Shown piece after piece: positions 24,004 to 37,952 of a stretch of DNA of 64,000 nucleotides. Source of the DNA: Octopus vulgaris (lineage: Eukaryota); assembly GCA_951406725.2 (NCBI GenBank), contig OX597834.1, forward strand, positions 37,634,001 through 37,698,000, read 5' to 3'. Each line of letters starts with the position of its first letter. Positions within the stretch are counted from its first letter, which is position 1. A model generated the notes under the pieces. It was not told the DNA's origin. It did not search any database and saw only the letters and a program-made list of their open reading frames with translations. The position numbers and the translations under genes were made by a program.

Positions 24004-24104
24004 AAATTTTGTAATATATTCTTTTCTAATCTAGGCACAAGGGCATAGATTTTTGGGGAGGGGGGGCAGTCGATTACAGATTGTATTTGCAATGTGCGAG
24101 TTAG

Positions 24105-24350
24105 CTGGTTGATTATATATATGTGTGTGTATGTGTGTGCCTTTGTTCTTCCATCACTGCTTGACAACGTTCTAAGTTTGTTTACATCCCTGTAACATAG
24201 CGATTCGGCAAAAGAAACTGATAGAATAAAGACGCCATTTGAAAAAAAAAATAATAAATACTGGAGTCGATTCCTTCGACTGAAATTATTCAAGGTGGTG
24301 CTCCAGCATGGCCGCACTCTAATGACTAAAACAAGTACAAAATAAAAGAT
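24105..24350 (+). mobile_element. CORE-type SINE, family 2, 3' half
   Basis: Ends GGTGGTGCTCCAGCATGGCCGCAC. Confidence 0.8.
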
Positions 24351-24359
24351 ATAAGTTGG

Positions 24360-24665
24360 TCCTTAACAGAGACTGGAAGTAAATGGCAGCGTGCCAACAC
24401 GAAACGGAATGATCAATGCTAGATATAACACATAATGACACACAGACAGACAAATGAGTAAGAGAACGAACGAAGGTGGACGATACTCTGACCATTACCA
24501 AAAATAGAAAATGGACGTGGGCAGAACGCATTATCAGAATGACAGATTACCGTTATACCAGAAATCTAGAATGACTATCAATGATTAGAAAGACTAAGCT
24601 AGCAAAACCATGAAAAGGATGGCATGACAAGACCAACGATTACTGAACCACCACCAACTGGCAAC
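24360..24665 (+). mobile_element. RTE LINE 3' ORF relic
   Basis: VRERTKVDDTLTITKNRKWTWAERIIRMTDYR resembles RTE KW.WAGH..R..D.RW. Confidence 0.7.
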
Positions 24666-24667
24666 AT

Positions 24668-24738
<71 letters not shown>

Positions 24739-24783
24739 ATACACACACACACTCACACACACACTCACACACTCACACACACA

Positions 24784-24822
<39 letters not shown>

Positions 24823-25608
24823 ACACACTCACACACACAGATATACACACACACACACACACATACACACAGAAAGGCTGGCCAGTGGAACAACACCGAC
24901 TCACAACGACATATATGCAAGTATATCACGAACATCTGCCATAAAGCCTAATAAAGATTCAGTTTAGTCTAATATATAAAGCTATTAACCACTACATACT
25001 GTACAAACTTTTAAGTAAAAACCCGCTTAAAAATAAAGTTATAAGAATTAGAAGTAGGATTATCGAAGAATTTTCTAGGACGGTGATAACATAGACAACA
25101 TGGAAAGGAAGAAGACACGCACTACAGAAGTAACAGCCCATCTTCAGTTACCTGATCGGAAATATCCGTGGTTTCAACAACAAAAAGCAGTACTTCTCTG
25201 TTTCTTTATGCACAAGAACGCAATATGATCCATTGCATGTAGGTAACCAAATACCTTAGGAACACCCCCTGCAGATTTCCAAATAACTGCAATGGTGAAA
25301 CATACTTTCTAAATAGTGGCTTTTATCTTAATTTCCACAATATATGCTCTGAATATCATAACTAGTAATACTGCTAAGTACAGTGGTCGACTAACCTCCA
25401 TACTGGAAGCCGACTGGATGATGATAATCTACGTAGAGCTCTAACTCATTCTGGAGCAGTCGTACATCAAACTGTACACACAAAAATATACATACATGTA
25501 CATACGCAAATACAAGATGGATACAGCCTTTCATTCTATGTTTGCTCCCTCAGAGCCGACCTGGGGTTAAACAACAACTAGTAGCCACAAATTACAACAG
25601 CTCGCCGC

Positions 25609-25645
<37 letters not shown>

Positions 25646-25690
25646 TATAAAACCTATACAAAGCTTCGGTTCATCCGAGGCAATAGTAGA

Positions 25691-26078
25691 TGGATGGAAG
25701 CACTCCGTCGGTTACGACAACGAGGGTTCCGGTTGATCCGAATCAACGGAACAGCCTGCTCGTGAAATTAACGTGTAAGTGGCTTAGCACTCCACAGACA
25801 CGTGAACCCTTAACGTAGTTCTCGGGGATATTCAGCGTGACACAGAGAGTGACAAGGCCGGCCCTTTGAAATACAGGTACAACAGAAACAGGACGTAAGA
25901 GTGAGAGAAAGTTGTGGTGAAAGAGTACAGCAGGGATCACCACCATCCCCTGCCGGAGCCTCGTGGAGCTTTAGGTGTTTTCGCTCAATAAACACTCACA
26001 ACGCCCGGTCTGGGAATTGAAACCGCGATCCTATGACCGCGAGTCCGCTGCCTTAACCACTGGGCCATTGCGCCTCCA
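25691..26078 (-). mobile_element. tRNA(Arg)-like-derived SINE, family 3, full length, nested in a family-2 SINE
   Basis: Head GGAGGCGCAATGGCCCAGTGGTTAAGGCAGCGGACTCGCGGTC; flanking near-duplication AATAG(T/C)AGA at 25682 and 26082. Confidence 0.88.
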
Positions 26079-27084
26079 CATAATAGCAGAAGACACTTGC
26101 CCAGGGTGCTATGCAGTGGGACCGAACCCGGAACCATGTGGTTGAGAAGCAAGCTTCTTACCTCACAACCATGCTTGCACCTTCTTAACACACAGCCATG
26201 CCTGTGCTTTGATTAGTATACAACCATTAAATGTTAGGCCTTGCGCTAAATCCAGGAATGTTTAATTAAATGCCGTTATTAATTAGTTAAATAACTAGAA
26301 TTGAATGTAGGAACCGTTGCTGAAAGCTCGCGTTGTTAATTAGTTTAAAGAGAAGAATGCTGTATAAAAAGTAATGGCGAGAGATTAACCGGATTTATCC
26401 GTTATAAAATAAGGAATTATACCAATAGGGAGATGGTCTAAACATCCTTCCAGTTAGTTAAATAGAACTTGTAAGAGCTTGCTGCGTATATAAGTGTGTG
26501 AGTGCGTGTGTGAGTGCGTGTGTATGCCTGTATGGGCTGTGTGATCACTGCTGTGTATGTGGATGTCTGTTTGGGTTATCATACGTGTGTGTATGAGCTG
26601 TGTGTGTATGAGCTGTGTGTGTATGGGCTGTGTGATTACTACTATGTATGTGTATTTGGATTTGGATTTTCATACGTGTGTGTACGTGTGTATGCGCTCG
26701 ATGCTATGTGTGTGTGTACGTGTGTGTGGTGTGTGTGTGTGTGTACGTGTTAGGGTATGTATATATGTATCTGCCTAACATACGTATATCTGCTGCAGAT
26801 TTAGTGCGTCCATCTCACTGTGTATGAGCATGTGTTTGTATGAAGTCAGTAGATGCATGTATGTATGCGTATGCACTGTGTTTATGTATGTGTATGTACG
26901 TATTATCCGTGTCTGCAATGTGCCTACAGATGCAATACATGTGTGTGTATGTGTGTAATCGTGTCTTTATATCTTACAGTGTGCGTGCGAGATAGTTTAC
27001 GTATGCGTATGTCAGTGTTTGTATATATTTGCATTATGTACGAATATCAGCGCGTGTGTATATGTATCCATGTTTCCATATCTG

Positions 27085-27122
<38 letters not shown>

Positions 27123-27508
27123 GTCCATGTCCGTGAGCGTGTGTGTGTCTATTTAAGCTAATCTGGCAGACAGCCACTTTATAAATGACATTTACAACTC
27201 TATAATATGGTAAACAAGTCTAAATCAATGTATTCTAGCCATTGAAACAGACGCCGAGTCTTTGAATTGTCTGTTAGAGCCACCCCTAATGGGATTTGTC
27301 AGTATCGCGGTTCTTTAAGGATTCTTCACAAGACAAATCATACAAAGCGATAACTTTATCATCGTTGGTTACTTTCAACAAACACTGCACTGGTTACTTT
27401 CAGTAAATACTGCACTGGTTACATACGGACTCGCCAGTGAATAAACACAGACAAACCCTGCACTGGTTACACACAACAAATACTGCACTGGTTGGAGAAC
27501 AATTACAG

Positions 27509-27656
27509 CAGACACAGGCGAACTGCGGCCCGTGGGGCTTTTCTGAATGCCATGCATGACGAAAAATTACTTTAAATACATTTTGTGAGGCGGTCTGTCT
27601 GATAATGAACCATGTCTCATGCGGCCCGCTTCTTTGATAACGGTTGCCCATGCTTG
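27509..27656. mobile_element. hAT-like MITE
   Basis: CAGACACAGGCGAAC..GCGGCCC / GCGGCCC..GTTGCCCATGCTTG ends; imperfect 8-bp TSD AATTACAG/ATTTACAT. Confidence 0.6.
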
Positions 27657-28159
27657 ATTTACATGGTCGCTCGACATGCTAGAAATCTCACCCAACTTCC
27701 AAATCTCCTTCAACTCACCGCCAACTGTCATAAATGAGTACATAAGCATACATAGAACGATCTTGTCGTTGATGAACAAAATAGGTTGGATGGTCACGGC
27801 TGAAATGCTTTACGAGCAATTTGACCCGGGGTTTAATAACGGCAATAGTCAGAGATAGCAAAATGGGAAGTTGGTCACATACATGCTCACACTCAAATGC
27901 AGGATGGATACTGCCTTTCATTTTAAGTCTGCTCCCCTCAGAGCTGACCTGGGGTTAAACAACAACTAGCGTATGTGTGAGTATTTAGTTTCGTTTCTCT
28001 ATGTTCCAAGTATAGATCTCGCGGACGTCAGGTTTACCTTTTATCTTTCTAGAAGCTGATAAAATACCAGTTATATATTGAGGTAGTTCCTTATTTACCA
28101 TACTGCTACACAAAATTTAAAGTCTCTTCTCTATATAAAATATCATTATTACCACTGAA

Positions 28160-28870
28160 TCATGAAAATTCTCAGCTTTATTTTGCTAAGTATGATGGAA
28201 AGTGTCAGCTGCCCACAGCCAGTGGACTAAGGTGACACTTGTTTAGTAGTCATGCTTCAAAGACCCTGCGGAGGACCCTTGCAGTTCCAAGCAACGCTGG
28301 TGAGCTGGCAGAACCGTTAGCACGCCGGGCGAAATGCGTAGCCGTATTTCGCCTGCCATTACGTTCTGAGTTCAAATTCCGCCGAGGTCGACTTTGCCTT
28401 TCATCCTTTCGGGGTCGATAAATTAAGTACCAGTTACGCACTGGGGTCGATGTAATCGACTTAATCCGTTTGTCTGTGCTTGTTTGTCTCCTCTGTGTTT
28501 AGCCCCTTGTGGGTAGTAAAGAAACAGATTTTTGTAGGTGTTCTATCTTTACATTTGTACCAATCTTTTCGAGCCATGTTGGTAGTTCGGTACTGATATT
28601 TCTATACCCAATAATCACCATTGGTGTCATGTCTGTTTTCTTCATTGCCCACAATCTGCGTATTTCCCACTCCAATTCATCATAATTTCTCACATTTTCT
28701 TCTTTCTCTTCAGTCCTGCTGTCACCAGGACATGCTTTATCAATTACCAGGCATATTTTCCCCTTTTCCTTTCACCACAACAATGTCAGGCTTTCCATGT
28801 TTAATCTGATGCTTACACTGAATCATTGCATTCCACAGGATTTTGCAGTCCTCACTCGCAGTATCCACTT
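28160..28870 (-). mobile_element. R4/Dong family-2 fragment interrupted by a family-1 SINE (28296-28527, +)
   Basis: YDELEWEIRRLWAMKK..LPTWLEKIG..KIEHLQKS | LLGTARVLRRVFEA*; 3'UTR matches 18780-18870. Confidence 0.85.
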
Positions 28871-28874
28871 CAAC

Positions 28875-29077
28875 GGCAGCGAGCTGGCAGAACTCTTAGC
28901 ACGCCGGGAAAAGTGCTTAGCGGCATTTCATCCGTCTTTACCTTCTGAGTTCAATCATTGCCAAGGTCGACTATACTTTTCCTCCTTTCAAGGTCAATGT
29001 ACCAGTGAAAAAGCCCTGGGGTCAATATTAGCTTCCGCCACACCAATTTCTCAGGCCTTGTGCCTACAGTAGAAAGG

Positions 29078-29122
<45 letters not shown>

Positions 29123-29359
29123 GTAGTAGTAGTAGTAGTAGTAGTAGTACAGTGCGAACGGCGGTGAGCTGGCAGAATCGTTATCGCGCTGGACGAAATG
29201 CTTAGCGGTATTACGCCTGTCGCTATGTTCTGAGTTCAAATTCCGCCGAGGTCGACTTTGCCTTTCATCCTTTCGAGTTCGATTAAATAAGTATCAGCTA
29301 CGCACTGGAGTCGATGTAATCGACTTAATCTCTTCCCCCCAAATTCGAGGCCTTGTGCT
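28875..29359 (+). mobile_element. Two SINE family 1 copies separated by (TTA)n/(TAG)n
   Basis: Heads at ~28875 and ~29160. Confidence 0.85.
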
Positions 29360-29662
29360 TTCAGATATCTCAAGAACTGCTGGATGGATTCAGATAAAAC
29401 TTTCAGGGATCTTTGGCCTTGTGACTGGCACGAACTGATTAGGTTTTGGGATCGATCCGGTGCCGGACAAGAATTCTGGCTTACTTTTCTGTCTTTTCTA
29501 CTTAATTTTTGAGAGCGGTGGTGTTCATTTTTAGTATTCTCGTTTGTGAGAGCTGTTGAGTTTATTTCAGATATTCTCATTTTAAAAACCATCTCTGGCT
29601 AACCGATGAGAGGACGTTGGTGTTGTCTTGGCGGAGGATTGCGATCTCTGAGTGCTCATGTT
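29360..29662 (+). mobile_element. Helentron/DINE-like non-autonomous element fragment
   Basis: GATATCTCAAGAACTGCTGGATGGATT core and GGCGGAGGATTGCGATCTCTGAGTGCTC..GTTTT end. Confidence 0.5.
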
Positions 29663-30561
29663 TTTATTGTTGATGTTAAGTCAGTGAGAAGGCAGAATCA
29701 TTTGCGCGTCGGACAAAATGCTTAGCCACATTTCTGCCTACTCTTTAACGTTGCCTTTCTTTCTTTCGGGGCTGGTTTTTTTAAAAGTTCCGACCAAATG
29801 CCGAGGCCAACCTAATCGATTTGCCGTTTCCTTCAAAACTGCTGGCCTTGTACCAAAATTGGAAAGAATTATCAAGGTGATGCAGAGGCAATTTCGATTC
29901 TTTTATTTTCTGAATTCCAATCCGACCAAAGTTAACTTTCTTGTTTTATGACAGAGAGGTTGATAAATTAAGTACCAGTCACGTACTGGGGCTCGAATTC
30001 ATCGAGCATATTGCTGTTCCCTTGTTCACCTATAAATCTAGGAATTTGGGCTTTATAAATAATCTAGCCCCCTACTCCCAATTTCTCCTTCCTCTCTTCT
30101 TTCTCTCCTCTTCTTTCTCTTCTCTTCCATCTATCCTTTCTTTATTATTCTTCACACGCCTTCATCTCTCTATTTCCTTGCACCTGTCTTTGTCAAATGT
30201 AAACCTATTGTATCACATGAATCTTTCATAAAATGGTGAGACACTATAACGAAATAAGTCAGCTGACCTCTAAACATGTCATTCAAAGAGAAAGTAAAAG
30301 TGAAAGTTTTAAAAAAACCAAAAAAACTCAGACTTATTTTAAGATTAAATTAATGTCTGAAATGAACTATTGTTTATAAGATTTTAATTTTTCGTACTTA
30401 TTAACCTCACTTCTGCGGAGTATATTTACAATACAATAAGATTCAATCAGTTTGATCTCTGATCATTATCTTCAGCAACGACATCAATAATATAACGTTT
30501 GTGCGCGTATGTGTACTTCCACGTGTGTGTGTATACCTCTCTCTCTCTCTCTCTCTCTCTC

Positions 30562-30596
<35 letters not shown>

Positions 30597-30805
30597 ACAC
30601 GACACACGCTACATTGCATTCATTTTGATATTTTGATGCATGATTATCATAACATCACTGTAGGGCATATTTAGAATGCATATATATATATATATATATA
30701 CATACACACTCACACACAATGTATGCATGTCTGTATAAATGTATATATGTACATACGAGTGAAAAGACAAACGAATGAAAGTGGTGCTTAACATATTTGA
30801 TAGTT

Positions 30806-30855
<50 letters not shown>

Positions 30856-31979
30856 TGAGAGAGAGAGAGAGAGAGAGTCAACCCGGACCGAGCTATGTGT
30901 TGCGTTCTTGAGCAAGACACTTTATTTCACGTAGCTCCAATTCACTCAGCAGTAGAAATGAGTTGTAACGTCACCGGTGCTAGGTTGTATCAGCCTTTGT
31001 TTTTGTCCTTGGATAAACATCGGTGGCTGCCCAGACTTGTGCTACTGAGGGGAACTTTTAAAATACAATTCCATGATCATTCATGACTGAAGGGGTTCTG
31101 AACACACACACACACACAAGGTATAGTGTAGTTTAAAACATGTTATATTGAAGACAAGACTTAAATCGAGCTAAAGCTGTTTTATTAATCTTTTCTATAT
31201 TTCTTTACATGTCCTTTATGCTTTAGTTTGGAGAAACAGTTCTCCTATGTCCATTATCATTTCGAGACTTTCTCGATCTCATCTGAAAGAAGACATGATA
31301 CCAGAGGTTTTAATTCCGTATTTTTGTAGTAGGCATTAAAATCTTTGGAATGATATTGTAACCAACAAAACGCCAAGTTACGTTCATAATTCATTCTAAG
31401 TATTTCGTGTTTGTGTTGGATTTTGGTTCGTATTTTGTTATCAATAATGTTTCCATAGCAAATCATGTTTGGGACATTTTTCTTTTGGAAATGTTTTAAG
31501 AGTTTGAGGTATGTTTTTTTTCAAAGACTTCTCTGTAAGATGGAAGCATTAACATCTGATGCGCTTTTGAATCTGTTATTTTGCTTCATGCTCTATATTA
31601 TAACACATTAAAATGCCTCCTTATTGTAAATTGTCAACGAACGAGAAAATGCTGGAGCGTCGTACTTGAATGTACGATTTAACAGTTAGAGTCCTGAAGT
31701 TTACAACTTTTATGTCTCTATAGAAACTATTGCACCAGTTGTTTCTGATTTGCAGGACTGCAGTTTCATGTTGATCAGAAAGATTTTGATTCCTGTTCAT
31801 GTATTTTTATATATTTTGTGATTTTGCTTTGGATTTAGTTGTGATACATAGTGTGTTAAGTTTCATTAACTTCCTTTTGGTACATTTGGTTAGTGCAGCA
31901 GATTAAAAATCTAATTAGAGTGCTTTGGGAGATATAGTAGCTGCAAGCATGAATTTGTTTATGTATTATTCTGTAAGTC

Positions 31980-32740
31980 ATACAAAAAATGCTAACAACG
32001 GTGGATTCAAACTCGGCACTGAAAGGGAAAAGTTTTGAAATTACAGAGTTAATCTTTTAGATAAAAGCCTAAATTTAAGAATAAGAAAATTCTAAGCATA
32101 TAAGAAACTGATCGAACATGTAATACTTGTATTACATGTATTTCAATTATTACTGTAAGTTAAATATTCGCAATACAATCACTCAGTAATATAAGAGGAA
32201 TAATATTTAACATTTTTCCCTGACAGAGTTACTTATAACAAAACTACTAATTATTATAACAACGCATTAGAAAAGAGTGGGCTTAAGAAAGATTTTAGTT
32301 TCTTACTCACGTTAAAGTAGCAACAACCTAGCAGACTTCCAAAATAAATTATTTATTTAATTTACTTCTATTTGCCGTTCAGTAACAATGTAATATAAAA
32401 TATAATTAGGAATTTCTTCGTGTTAATCAGACAGATTTTACGTACATATATATACACACACACACATACATACAGGGAATTGTTCAATATGAATACTGTG
32501 AAAATCAGTTACTGTTGCACATGTAACTAATATTATAATTTAAAACAAACTGCGAGAAAGCTGCAAGAACAACAAATAGCCAAGAATTCCTAATGTAATT
32601 ACAAGACAAGAGAAATGTGTCCACTTAATAGCAAATATATAAGTAAAGTAATTGTCTACAGAAGGAAAGTTCTATCCCAAGAGGACGAAGGAAACACTGA
32701 GTGAAATTACTCTGTAATGAGATTGGATAATTTCGAGATT
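31980..32740 (+). pseudogene. Decayed Penelope-like (Naiad-type) ORF: RT thumb, linker and start of GIY-YIG
   Basis: VNLLDKSLNL, YYNNALEKSG, LPFSNNV..NI.RNF, ELFNMNTVKISYCC, CNYKTREMCPLNSKYISKVIVYR match PLE motifs FNRNTVKVSYSC and CNC..CPL.G.C. Confidence 0.8.
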
Positions 32741-32794
32741 CCTCTGTTTAACTAAGTACACCTTTCGGTACGAAGGAAAGAGAAACACCACATC

Positions 32795-32833
<39 letters not shown>

Positions 32834-33621
32834 CATACCGATATGGAGAGGGGGAGAAAGCAAGGTGTGAAATGCATGACTAAGTTCACATTAAGTTACT
32901 CAAATCTCGGTCTATGTAGAAGAGTTATACTTATCAAAATGCAAAGAGCATGAGGTTTAAAGTGGGAGATGTAAGACACATATATATTGCATGGTCAATA
33001 ATTAGAAACACTAAGTAAACATTCACAGAACAAAATAGGGACATGTGTGTGTGCTTCTGTAACAACACGTCTTTATGCTGTATATCGATGTACAAAGTAA
33101 TAAAACAAACGTATATCATGTCGAAGTGTCGGCACCAGAACAAGTTCTATGTGGTGAATTATAACAATGAAATTAAGCTTAACTGATATAGCGTGGGGCA
33201 CACGTGCACACACATTGGTAGTATTAAAGGTTAATATTGGTTTTATTACTAATGTTTAAAGAAAATATTTTTTCACAGAAATGCCACAGGAAGAATACCT
33301 GTAAATGAATATATATGCATAATTACATTTATATAAACTTACTTGCATTCACACACACACACACATACACACACACACACACACACGCACATACATTCAA
33401 ATAGGGTGGTCTTGTTTGGTGTTATTGTAATGGTTACAATAAATTTAATGCGCCGCACATCCACATACGTTAGAAACAAAACAGAAGAAGTGCTCAATAA
33501 CTGTGTTGGATAATGAATTCTTTGATTGGAATTTATGTTAATAATTCCCATTATTAGCATAAATCCCATTCATTAATGAATGAATGAATGAATATATATA
33601 TACACACACACATATATATAT

Positions 33622-33734
<113 letters not shown>

Positions 33735-34086
33735 TATATATATATACACACCCACACACACATGTATATACACACACTCACTAACACATACGCAGTCATA
33801 TTTGCATATGTAATAATATGTATACTCGTAATAAATAAGCATAAAAAACCAAATTCCTTTATATAAACACATAATTTGGCAGATTATTAGAAATACAGGC
33901 GCAGACACACATGCCAAATTATATATGTATATATATAGCTTAGTGTGTGTGTGTATATGTGTGTATGTATATATGTGTGTGTATGCGATTGTATATAGAG
34001 AGATAAGCATGTATGTACTTACATGCATATTCATACGTTCAAATGTACATAAATTAAGAAGCATTAATGCATCCACCTAGAGATAT

Positions 34087-34122
<36 letters not shown>

Positions 34123-34669
34123 TCTTTCTCTTTAACATTCTTACAGGCACACATAAACATACACTCACACACACACACACACACATACACGCATACACGC
34201 ATACACATACGCACACACCAGGAGCAATCGAAAGAAAGAAAGAAAGAAAGCAAAAACAAAAAAAGAAAGAAAGCATGAGGTAAGATGAGACACAGAACAA
34301 GGAAGGAAGTGAGATGGTGGAGGGAGGGAGGGAGGGAGGGAGGGGAATGGACTGGAGTGGAAGGGATATGAGAAGAGTGGCGGTTAGAGGTGTAAAAATG
34401 AGTATTGGAAATATATAATGTTGTAGAACAAACAGCAATAACAACAAGAACAACAACAGCAGCAGCAACAAGATGTAACAGGAAAAATGAGATAAGAGAG
34501 ATCAATGATGGTTTTTTCTTTGTTTTTGTTTTTTCCTTGTTTTGTTTTGTTGTTTGTTTTTTGTTGTTGTTGTTGTTGTTGTTTATGGAACACCAAACAA
34601 CATTAGCGCCACCACAAAACACAACTGGTTATAAACTCCTCTGAGACATCAACAGCAACAGCAGCAATC

Positions 34670-35150
34670 TCGTAATCATCATCATCATCATCGTCATCAT
34701 CGTCATCTCTGATATCATCACCGCCACCACCACCTATCATCTCCAATACCATCATGATCGACGCCGCCGCCACAGTCTTTGCAACCACCGCCGCCATCAT
34801 CAATATTACCATCATTATCAACACCACCAGCATTATCATCATCATCATCACCATCATCACCACCACCGCCGCCATCACTACCGCCACCACCACAACAACA
34901 CAGCTACCATCATCACCATCATCACCATCATCACCACCACCGCCGCCATCACTACCGCCACACTCATCACCACCGCTATTAACATCATATGCATCAACAC
35001 CGCCACCGCCATCATCATCACCACCGCCAACACAGCCATCATCACTATCACCACATCCACCACCGCCACCACGTCTACCATCATCGCCATCACCATTGTC
35101 ATCCCCGTTGTCACCACCATCACCACCACCATCTTCACCGTCGCCCTTGT
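34670..35150. repeat. Degenerate (CAT/CAC/CGC)n trinucleotide repeat
   Basis: Direct inspection. Confidence 0.9.
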
Positions 35151-35320
35151 TTTAATAATACCGTCATTGGACTTGTTAAGAAATAGCAGCCAAATCTCCC
35201 TCAGCCACACCGTATCTTTATAAATCAAGGACAGACACATTGGATATATTAAGAAAACAACGAGTTGCTCATGTTTGTAAGGTTATTGTACATAGACCTC
35301 TCTTCATGACCACTACCACC

Positions 35321-35351
<31 letters not shown>

Positions 35352-35596
35352 ATCTATTTTCGGTCCCCACCTTACGAAAAGATCGATCACCACTGATCCA
35401 GAAACCAATCCACAAACTCGATCGATTTTTACTATTTTTCCGTTATTGCCCAATCCAAGCAATGTAATATTTTAACGCATTACCAGTTGATTAATATTTG
35501 TTTTTTCATCTAGTACCAATTAATTAACGTTTTCACCAAGTGCTGGTTAATTAATATTTTTACCCAGTACACGTTAATCAGTTTTTATCCAGTAAG

Positions 35597-36015
35597 GCGC
35601 AGGCGTGGCTGTGTGGTAAGAAAGTACGCTTCCCGTCGACATAGTGTTTCAATCCCACGGCGTGGCACCTTGGGCGCGTAGTAGCAAGTGATTTCTACTG
35701 AAGCCACGGGCTTACTAAAGCCATGCGAGTGGATTTGGCAGATGGAACTTGAAAGAAGCCCGTCGTGTGTCTGTGTGTATCTATCTATCCATATATATAT
35801 GTATATATATTTCTTTACTACCCACAAGGACAAACAAACGGATTAAGTCGATTATATTGACCCCAGTGCGTAACTGGTACTTAATTTATCGACCCCGAAA
35901 GAATCAAAGGCAAAGATGACCTTGGCGGAATTTGAACTCAGAACGTAACGGCAGACGAAATACGGCTACGTATTTCGCCCGGAGTGCTAACCATTCTGCC
36001 AGCTTGCCGCCTTTC

Positions 36016-36104
<89 letters not shown>

Positions 36105-36335
36105 ACTTTGTTTCTGTGTTTGTTTCGCCACCAACACCACCATTTGGCAACCGGTGCTGACGTATTTACGTCCTCGTAACTTAGTATTTTGGCAGAATGA
36201 AGCCGATAGAATAAGTGCCAAGCCTAAAAAAATAAACATTTAAGTACTGTAGTCGATTCGTTCGACTAAAAATTCTTCAAAGGGGTGCCCCAGCATGGTC
36301 GCATTCTCATGAATGAAACAACTAAAGACAGAAGT
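35597..36335 (+). mobile_element. CORE-type SINE, family 2, with nested family-1 SINE (35811-36011, -)
   Basis: Head at 35597, tail at 36280-36330; insert lies in the internal microsatellite. Confidence 0.85.
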
Positions 36336-36344
36336 AACAATGAG

Positions 36345-36700
36345 TTCATCATGTATTGGTTAATCAGTATTTTTACCGCCTACAATTTAATTAGTTTTTA
36401 CCGAGCACAATAATTAATATTTTCATGCAATACCAATTAATTACTTCTTATTCAGTACAAGTTAATTAAAACTTTTACCCAGTACCAATTAATTTATGTT
36501 TATACCAAATACCAGTTAATACTTTTCTCCAATACTAGTTAATAATATTAACCCATACAAGTTAATTAACTGTATTGCCTGTACATGCTAATTAACATTA
36601 ATATTCAGTATCAGTTAATAATATTACCCAATGCTACTTAACACAATTAGTCTGCGCAAGTTAAATAATATTACTAGCATTAGTTAGTTAATACTTTGAT
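36345..36700. repeat. Degenerate AT-rich minisatellite (~25-28 bp, TTTTACCCAGTACCAATTAATTAA), also at 35465-35595
   Basis: Periodic recurrence on both sides of the SINE block. Confidence 0.7.
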
Positions 36701-37382
36701 GTAGTTAGTCTGATCTGAGCAATATTATTCACTCGGAGCAAATTAAAAGTAAAATTGTTTCTGGTAGTATATGAATTTGGAAAGCAAAAGAACTAAAGTA
36801 AGAAGTTTGGTGTTTGTAGTACTTCGGGACTTAGGAAGGTGTCAGCATTTATATACAGGCTATAAGCAGGATAGTTGTGACATTGAGTTTGACCGTGGGG
36901 CTATTTATAGAGGAAACTAATTGTAGTAATGCGTGACATTCGAACCAACAGTTGCGTTTATACAAGCAACTGTTCCCGTTTAAAGGAATCTGGAAGCAAT
37001 GCAATAAATATCTTGGAGAAATGAAGACGCAAGTGACTGTTGCTCTTGTTGTTTAACCACAGCTCTGGTCATGTGGACTTATAGTCAAAAGACGTTCCAT
37101 CCGTGCCGTCCATTTTTGCTCTCCAGACAAGGCTGCATTACCCATTGTGTTTTATACTTCAATTTTAAACACTGTAGGTGTGTTAATTATTTGTGAAAGA
37201 ATTAGCTACGATTTCTAATAAGTCGAGCGACCACGAGGTTGCTCCTTCGAATGCTTGTATAATTAAAGGGGACACGCAGAGGGGAACGGATGTACGGGTA
37301 AGTTATTGGGCATTTGGTCCCTAAGGTAAGTGTTCACATCCAGTTGCAGATCGTCCTGTTCTGGCTTAAGTTAGAACATATA

Positions 37383-37774
37383 ATTCTACGTTTAATCCTC
37401 CATGTTTAGTGGTGTGAAGATTATGACGTCATAAAGTTTAATTCTGCACGTCCAGTAGCGTGAAGATTGTGACGTCATAATGTTTAATTCTATTTTTAAG
37501 AATGTGAAGATTGCGACATCATAACGTTTACTTCTATATGATTAGTGGTCTGCAGACTGTGACGTCATAATGTTTAATTCTACATGTTTAGTGGAGTGAT
37601 CATTGACATCATAACGCTTAATTCTCCATGTTTTGTAGTGCGAAGATTGTGACGTCATAAACTGTAACCCTTCATATTTGTTGAGATGGAGATTGTGTCA
37701 TTAGAATTTTTAATCCTACATCTTTAGAGGTGTGAAGGTTATGACATGTGAAGGTTCAATTCTACATATTTATT

Positions 37775-37819
<45 letters not shown>

Positions 37820-37952
37820 ATATAAGAACACGTAACTCTACATGTTTAGTGACATGGCTCTCTGACGTCAAAAAATAATTCTACATGTTTAATGATAATG
37901 ACATGACCACAGGACATACAATTCTATAAGTTTAATCGTATGACGTCATAAG
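37383..37952. repeat. ~46-bp minisatellite containing TGACGTCA palindromes
   Basis: Unit TTCTACATGTTTAGTGGTGTGAAGATTGTGACGTCATAATGTTTAA; about 11-12 degenerate copies. Confidence 0.9.

Noticed and set aside
25990-26078. tRNA-Arg(TCG)-like sequence (also 49077-49150)
   Set aside because: No proper acceptor stem, and it continues into a SINE body; it is a SINE head, not a tRNA gene.
31130-31960. Possible additional minus-strand PLE/LINE relic (also 12040-12560, 26240-26480, and gypsy-like 27190-27350)
   Set aside because: Motif similarity is too faint to assign without a profile search.
37383-37952. CRISPR-like periodicity
   Set aside because: Whole units are repeated with no unique spacers, there are no cas genes, and the context is eukaryotic.
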